A stretch of DNA of 64,000 bases from a bacterium (GTDB taxonomy: Bacteria; Patescibacteriota; Minisyncoccia; UBA6257; 02-FULL-45-10c): contig JAJYMK010000003.1 of NCBI GenBank assembly GCA_021786945.1, positions 151,299-215,298 on the forward strand. Direction: 5' to 3'. The notes under the pieces were generated by a model that saw only the letters and a program-made list of their open reading frames with translations, was not told the origin of the DNA and searched no databases. Position 1 is the stretch's first letter. Each line of letters opens with the position of its first letter. Positions 60,876 through 64,000 of the stretch are shown here, in pieces. The position numbers and the translations under genes were made by a program.

Positions 60876-61700
60876 ATGAATAAAGTTTTTAAATCACAAG
60901 AAGAATTAAAAAAAGAATTAGATTCACAATTCAAACTTCTAAAAGTTTTAACCGAGCAATATGACAAAGGCGATGTGATTATAGGAAAGTCGATAGCGAC
61001 TTCTATTCGGGTACTTGTTCATGACACAGATGATTCGCGCTCTTTGCTTGGGCAACTTAATTTTAAAAATAGAAAATTTTTTGACACGGCCTGCCCCGAC
61101 ATCTTTCCTGTACCAGGAAAAATTCAGCGTATTGGAAGTTTTTGTGGCTTAGTAAGTATCGGTAGCGTTAATAATGAGCAGACTTATATCCCCTATCTTG
61201 ATGAGGCTCCTGTTAAAAAATTTGGTTTTGTAAATTTTGATGAGTTTTGGAATAGGATAATTTTTATTGATAATAATAAAAACAGCTTTACAAGAAAAGA
61301 AATAGTTTTGGCTATTGCTAACCAAGATGGTGGTGCGCACGTTGATCCAAAAATTGAAAAAAAATACAAAGAGTTATCTAGAGAGAATTCTCTTGGTTGG
61401 AAAGCTAGTTTAGACGGAAAAATTTGGAATGATTCATGCGGTTCTGAGCTGGCTGCAGTACGTCAAATCGCACATGAGTTACTGCGCACATTTGAGATCG
61501 AATATCCTTATAAAAAAATGGTGACCGGTGATGCCGGATTTATTTTAGGTGGAATGGGTTTTATAATTAGTAATACCACCGATGTAAATAGTATTACGGA
61601 TTATTTGGTGAATAAGAAAAAAATTGGACCAAATAAAAAATGTCTATGCGGAAGTGGTCAGAAATATAAAAAATGTCATGGAAAGTATGGTTGGATATAA
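60876..61700 (+). CDS. Hypothetical protein with C-terminal SEC-C zinc-binding motif
   Basis: KIGPNKKCLCGSGQKYKKCHG; internal R...ANQDGGAHVD. Confidence 0.8.
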   Translation: MNKVFKSQEELKKELDSQFKLLKVLTEQYDKGDVIIGKSIATSIRVLVHDTDDSRSLLGQLNFKNRKFFDTACPDIFPVPGKIQRIGSFCGLVSIGSVNNEQTYIPYLDEAPVKKFGFVNFDEFWNRIIFIDNNKNSFTRKEIVLAIANQDGGAHVDPKIEKKYKELSRENSLGWKASLDGKIWNDSCGSELAAVRQIAHELLRTFEIEYPYKKMVTGDAGFILGGMGFIISNTTDVNSITDYLVNKKKIGPNKKCLCGSGQKYKKCHGKYGWI

Positions 61701-61718
61701 TTTTATAAAATTATATTT

Positions 61719-62468
61719 TTATGCCTTACTATTTCTAGATAATACTTCATTTAATTTATAACAAAATTCAGAATTAAAAACTGGTTCTATATATGTATCA
61801 TCTAGGTATTTTTTTAATCCGGCTAAATTTTCAATTATATAAACAAGGGGCTCTATTCGTTCAATAACTTTAGATTTGCCAACCAACAAAATAGCCTTCC
61901 TTGATTTAATTACTATTCCTTGTTTTTCGAGATAATTAATTAATTTTAGTTCGTGTCTATTAATTTCATCGATTGGATTTTGCCATTTATTTAATTCACA
62001 AATACATTTATTTCCTTTACACCACTCTTCTTTAAAAAATTTATCGCCCAAAACTCTGAAATTGCCAGATATATTTTTAATTTCAAATATCAATAAACCT
62101 TTCTTACCAACTACAATTGCATCAATATCAAATCCTCCATCTGAAAATTTAAAATTTTTATAAATTTTATAACCCTCATTATTTGGCAAGAGCTCTTCTA
62201 ATTTTTTAAAGGCCCTTCTTTCACCCATCCATCCCATAAGAGAATGCAATGAAATAAGTCCCAATCTATCCCCTAATCGTCCCATAAAAATCCAAAACCA
62301 AGAAAATATAATTCCGAATATTATTCCAGCGATAAATAATAAAGCTGGAACGTCTAGTTTAAAATCTTTTAAATTAGTAAGACCATATAAAATTACTGAT
62401 ATACCAAATAGCAATAAAGCTATTACTATAATTGTTACTTGCAAAAATTTACGTTTAGAATAAGACAT
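61719..62468 (-). CDS. NERD (PD-(D/E)xK) nuclease-domain protein with N-terminal TMs
   Basis: G..GE, DIDAIVV...GLLIFEIKN, NP..E. Confidence 0.85.
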   Translation of the reverse strand: MSYSKRKFLQVTIIVIALLLFGISVILYGLTNLKDFKLDVPALLFIAGIIFGIIFSWFWIFMGRLGDRLGLISLHSLMGWMGERRAFKKLEELLPNNEGYKIYKNFKFSDGGFDIDAIVVGKKGLLIFEIKNISGNFRVLGDKFFKEEWCKGNKCICELNKWQNPIDEINRHELKLINYLEKQGIVIKSRKAILLVGKSKVIERIEPLVYIIENLAGLKKYLDDTYIEPVFNSEFCYKLNEVLSRNSKA

Positions 62469-62537
62469 TTTAAAATTATATCAAAATATTATTGACTATT
62501 AAATTTATTAAACATATATTAAATTTACAAATAAAAT

Positions 62538-62996
62538 ATGGATACTAAATTTCCAAAACTTGATAAAAAATTTATTAACTGGTCGACATTTTTTCATGCG
62601 GGTACTGAATGGTTAGAGATATTTGAAATATTAGACAAAGAAACAAATAAACAATATGGATTTATTTCTTTTTACGCATATCCGTATATTTTGTATTTTT
62701 CTTTAGAACTTTTTGTGAAATCATTAGCAAAATATGAGGACTGTACTTTTGACGCAAAAAAAGACGGGTTTCTTCACAGTGTAACGGATATATTTGTAAA
62801 ATATAAAGATATTCCATTTTTTTTTGAAATTATTCAGAATCACAAACTTTTTAACCTTATTAAAGAATATGAGAAAACTTTAAATACGCGTTTTGGCGAG
62901 ACGGCTGTGCAAATAAATGGATTAGATACTAAATTAGTATTAGAAACGGTTTATAAATTAAGAGGAGAAATATGTAAAAAAACAGGATTAAGATAA
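62538..62996 (+). CDS. Hypothetical protein, HEPN-like
   Basis: FSLELFVKSL...HS...IF pattern typical of HEPN helical bundles; assignment tentative. Confidence 0.55.
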   Translation: MDTKFPKLDKKFINWSTFFHAGTEWLEIFEILDKETNKQYGFISFYAYPYILYFSLELFVKSLAKYEDCTFDAKKDGFLHSVTDIFVKYKDIPFFFEIIQNHKLFNLIKEYEKTLNTRFGETAVQINGLDTKLVLETVYKLRGEICKKTGLR

Positions 62997-63048
62997 TAAC
63001 GCATTCGGAGATCTCAATAGCATATTAGATATATATAATATTTTTTAT

Positions 63049-63080
63049 AAAAAGGTTCCAACTTCGTCCCAGACGGCCAG
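63049..63080 (+). repeat. 32-bp direct repeat, copy 3
   Basis: Exact copy. Confidence 0.95.
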
Positions 63081-63101
63081 CTCTCACTTTTTGAAAATAC
63101 T

Positions 63102-63998
63102 TTATTTTTGAGTATTATATATTGATAAAATTTCTATAGTAGATAGGGCCCTATTATAAACAGCAAACTCATCAATTAATCCATTAAAACAAAAATTAGT
63201 TGGAACGTAAAAAGTTCCAATTGTAGCGGTACTACCAGCTCCTCTGATTATTGTTCCTGTTTGAGTTGGGGTCGGACCCTTTAAAACCCCGTTTCTATAT
63301 AAATACATTTTTGATCCATCATAAACCAAGGCAATATGAGTCCACTCCCCGGTGTTTAAAATTACATCTCCAGAATTTGGCTGTAGTGTTACAACGCCTG
63401 AGGTTGTTTTTATACGAAATAACAAATTGTCAGGGTAAATAAAAATTCCCCAAGCATCATTATAATCACCCGACCACCCCAAAATTCCTTTATTGCTTTG
63501 ATCTATGGTTGGGTTTATCCAAAATTCAAGTGTCAGCGCCGACATTCCAACTAATGAAGTGGCTGCGCCTATATCAATATAGTCATTAATTCCGTCAAGA
63601 TTTATTGCGCTACCAATGACTCCCGTAGACCATGTCGGGTTATTTATTAAAGTTCCATTATTAGTATTTAATTCGTCGTAAGCGATATTTCCCGAGTTTT
63701 CGTCAAAATTCCAATAAGCAATGAGTCCATTTGTTGGAACATGATAAAGATTTTTATTTAAATTTAGTTCATTCCCAGCCTCAAACCTGGTACTGGATTG
63801 TCCCCCATCCGACGAAGCATTGGCGGCAAGATATTTGTCGGATTCCATGGTAGCAGAAAGAGCCCAGGAACCGTGGATATAGGTGTAGTAATAACCATTG
63901 GTAGCGGCAGCGGATAGATCGGATGCCTGAATGGGATCTATGGGAAGATTTGAGAATAAAGTTCCGGCTTGTCCTTGTATAGAACTTAGATCTACAGG
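63102..63998 (-). CDS. LamG/concanavalin-like domain protein, probably pilin-associated (5'-partial; frame open to window end)
   Basis: GLIAYWNFDE, LDGINDY, WTHIALVYDG..LY.NG, FNGLIDE..VYNRALS; upstream NLPIDP...YYYTY. Confidence 0.85.
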   Translation of the reverse strand, partial: PVDLSSIQGQAGTLFSNLPIDPIQASDLSAAATNGYYYTYIHGSWALSATMESDKYLAANASSDGGQSSTRFEAGNELNLNKNLYHVPTNGLIAYWNFDENSGNIAYDELNTNNGTLINNPTWSTGVIGSAINLDGINDYIDIGAATSLVGMSALTLEFWINPTIDQSNKGILGWSGDYNDAWGIFIYPDNLLFRIKTTSGVVTLQPNSGDVILNTGEWTHIALVYDGSKMYLYRNGVLKGPTPTQTGTIIRGAGSTATIGTFYVPTNFCFNGLIDEFAVYNRALSTIEILSIYNTQK

Positions 63999-64000
63999 TA

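Larger units (their letters stand above)
58687..63080. mobile_element. tRNA-anchored array of repeat-delimited gene cassettes (genomic island)
   Basis: Begins at the tRNA-Gln 3' end; three identical 32-bp repeats; AT-rich unrelated cargo in mixed orientation; no integrase in window. Confidence 0.65.

Noticed and set aside
59439-63080. 32-bp repeats as a CRISPR array
   Set aside because: The intervening sequences are 0.64-2.9 kb and contain whole genes; no cas genes in the window.
59439-63080. Repeats as classical integron attC sites or IS ends
   Set aside because: No RYYYAAC...GTTRRRY long imperfect palindrome, the copies are identical direct repeats, and no intI or transposase is seen.

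Overview
Low-GC chromosomal segment of a Patescibacteria/CPR (Parcubacteria-like) bacterium using genetic code 11. The assignment rests on uL30 missing between rpsE and rplO, A/T-rich leaders without Shine-Dalgarno motifs, GT39-type glycosyltransferases, a stand-alone VirB4/TraD-like ATPase and a pilin-LamG protein. Bases 0.8-17.3 kb hold the str-S10-spc supercluster (rpsL to secY, adk, map), with an orphan ORF inserted between rpsG and fusA, an internally deleted uL3 and an N-terminally shortened uL5. Bases 17.5-58.5 kb hold housekeeping and envelope genes (greA, lysS, serS, ychF, ftsW, murG, gltX, rnpB, RNase H, pgk, mraY, scpAB, dnaX, typA), interspersed with small self-contained accessory genes. 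The main discovery candidate is at 58.6-63.1 kb: tRNA-Gln(TTG) is followed by three identical 32-bp repeats that partly resemble the tRNA 3' end and delimit unrelated gene cassettes of 784, 674 and 2936 bp (NTPase-SWIM, GNAT, membrane/SEC-C/NERD/HEPN-like genes). No recombinase gene is present in the window. This looks like a tRNA-anchored, integron-like cassette array. Other candidates are two unannotated structured RNAs, a 27-aa ORF with its own promoter, RBS and terminator, a beta-barrel OMP-like protein in a lineage thought to lack an outer membrane, and a REP-like element inserted in frame in alkD. All calls are by eye; no database searches were run.
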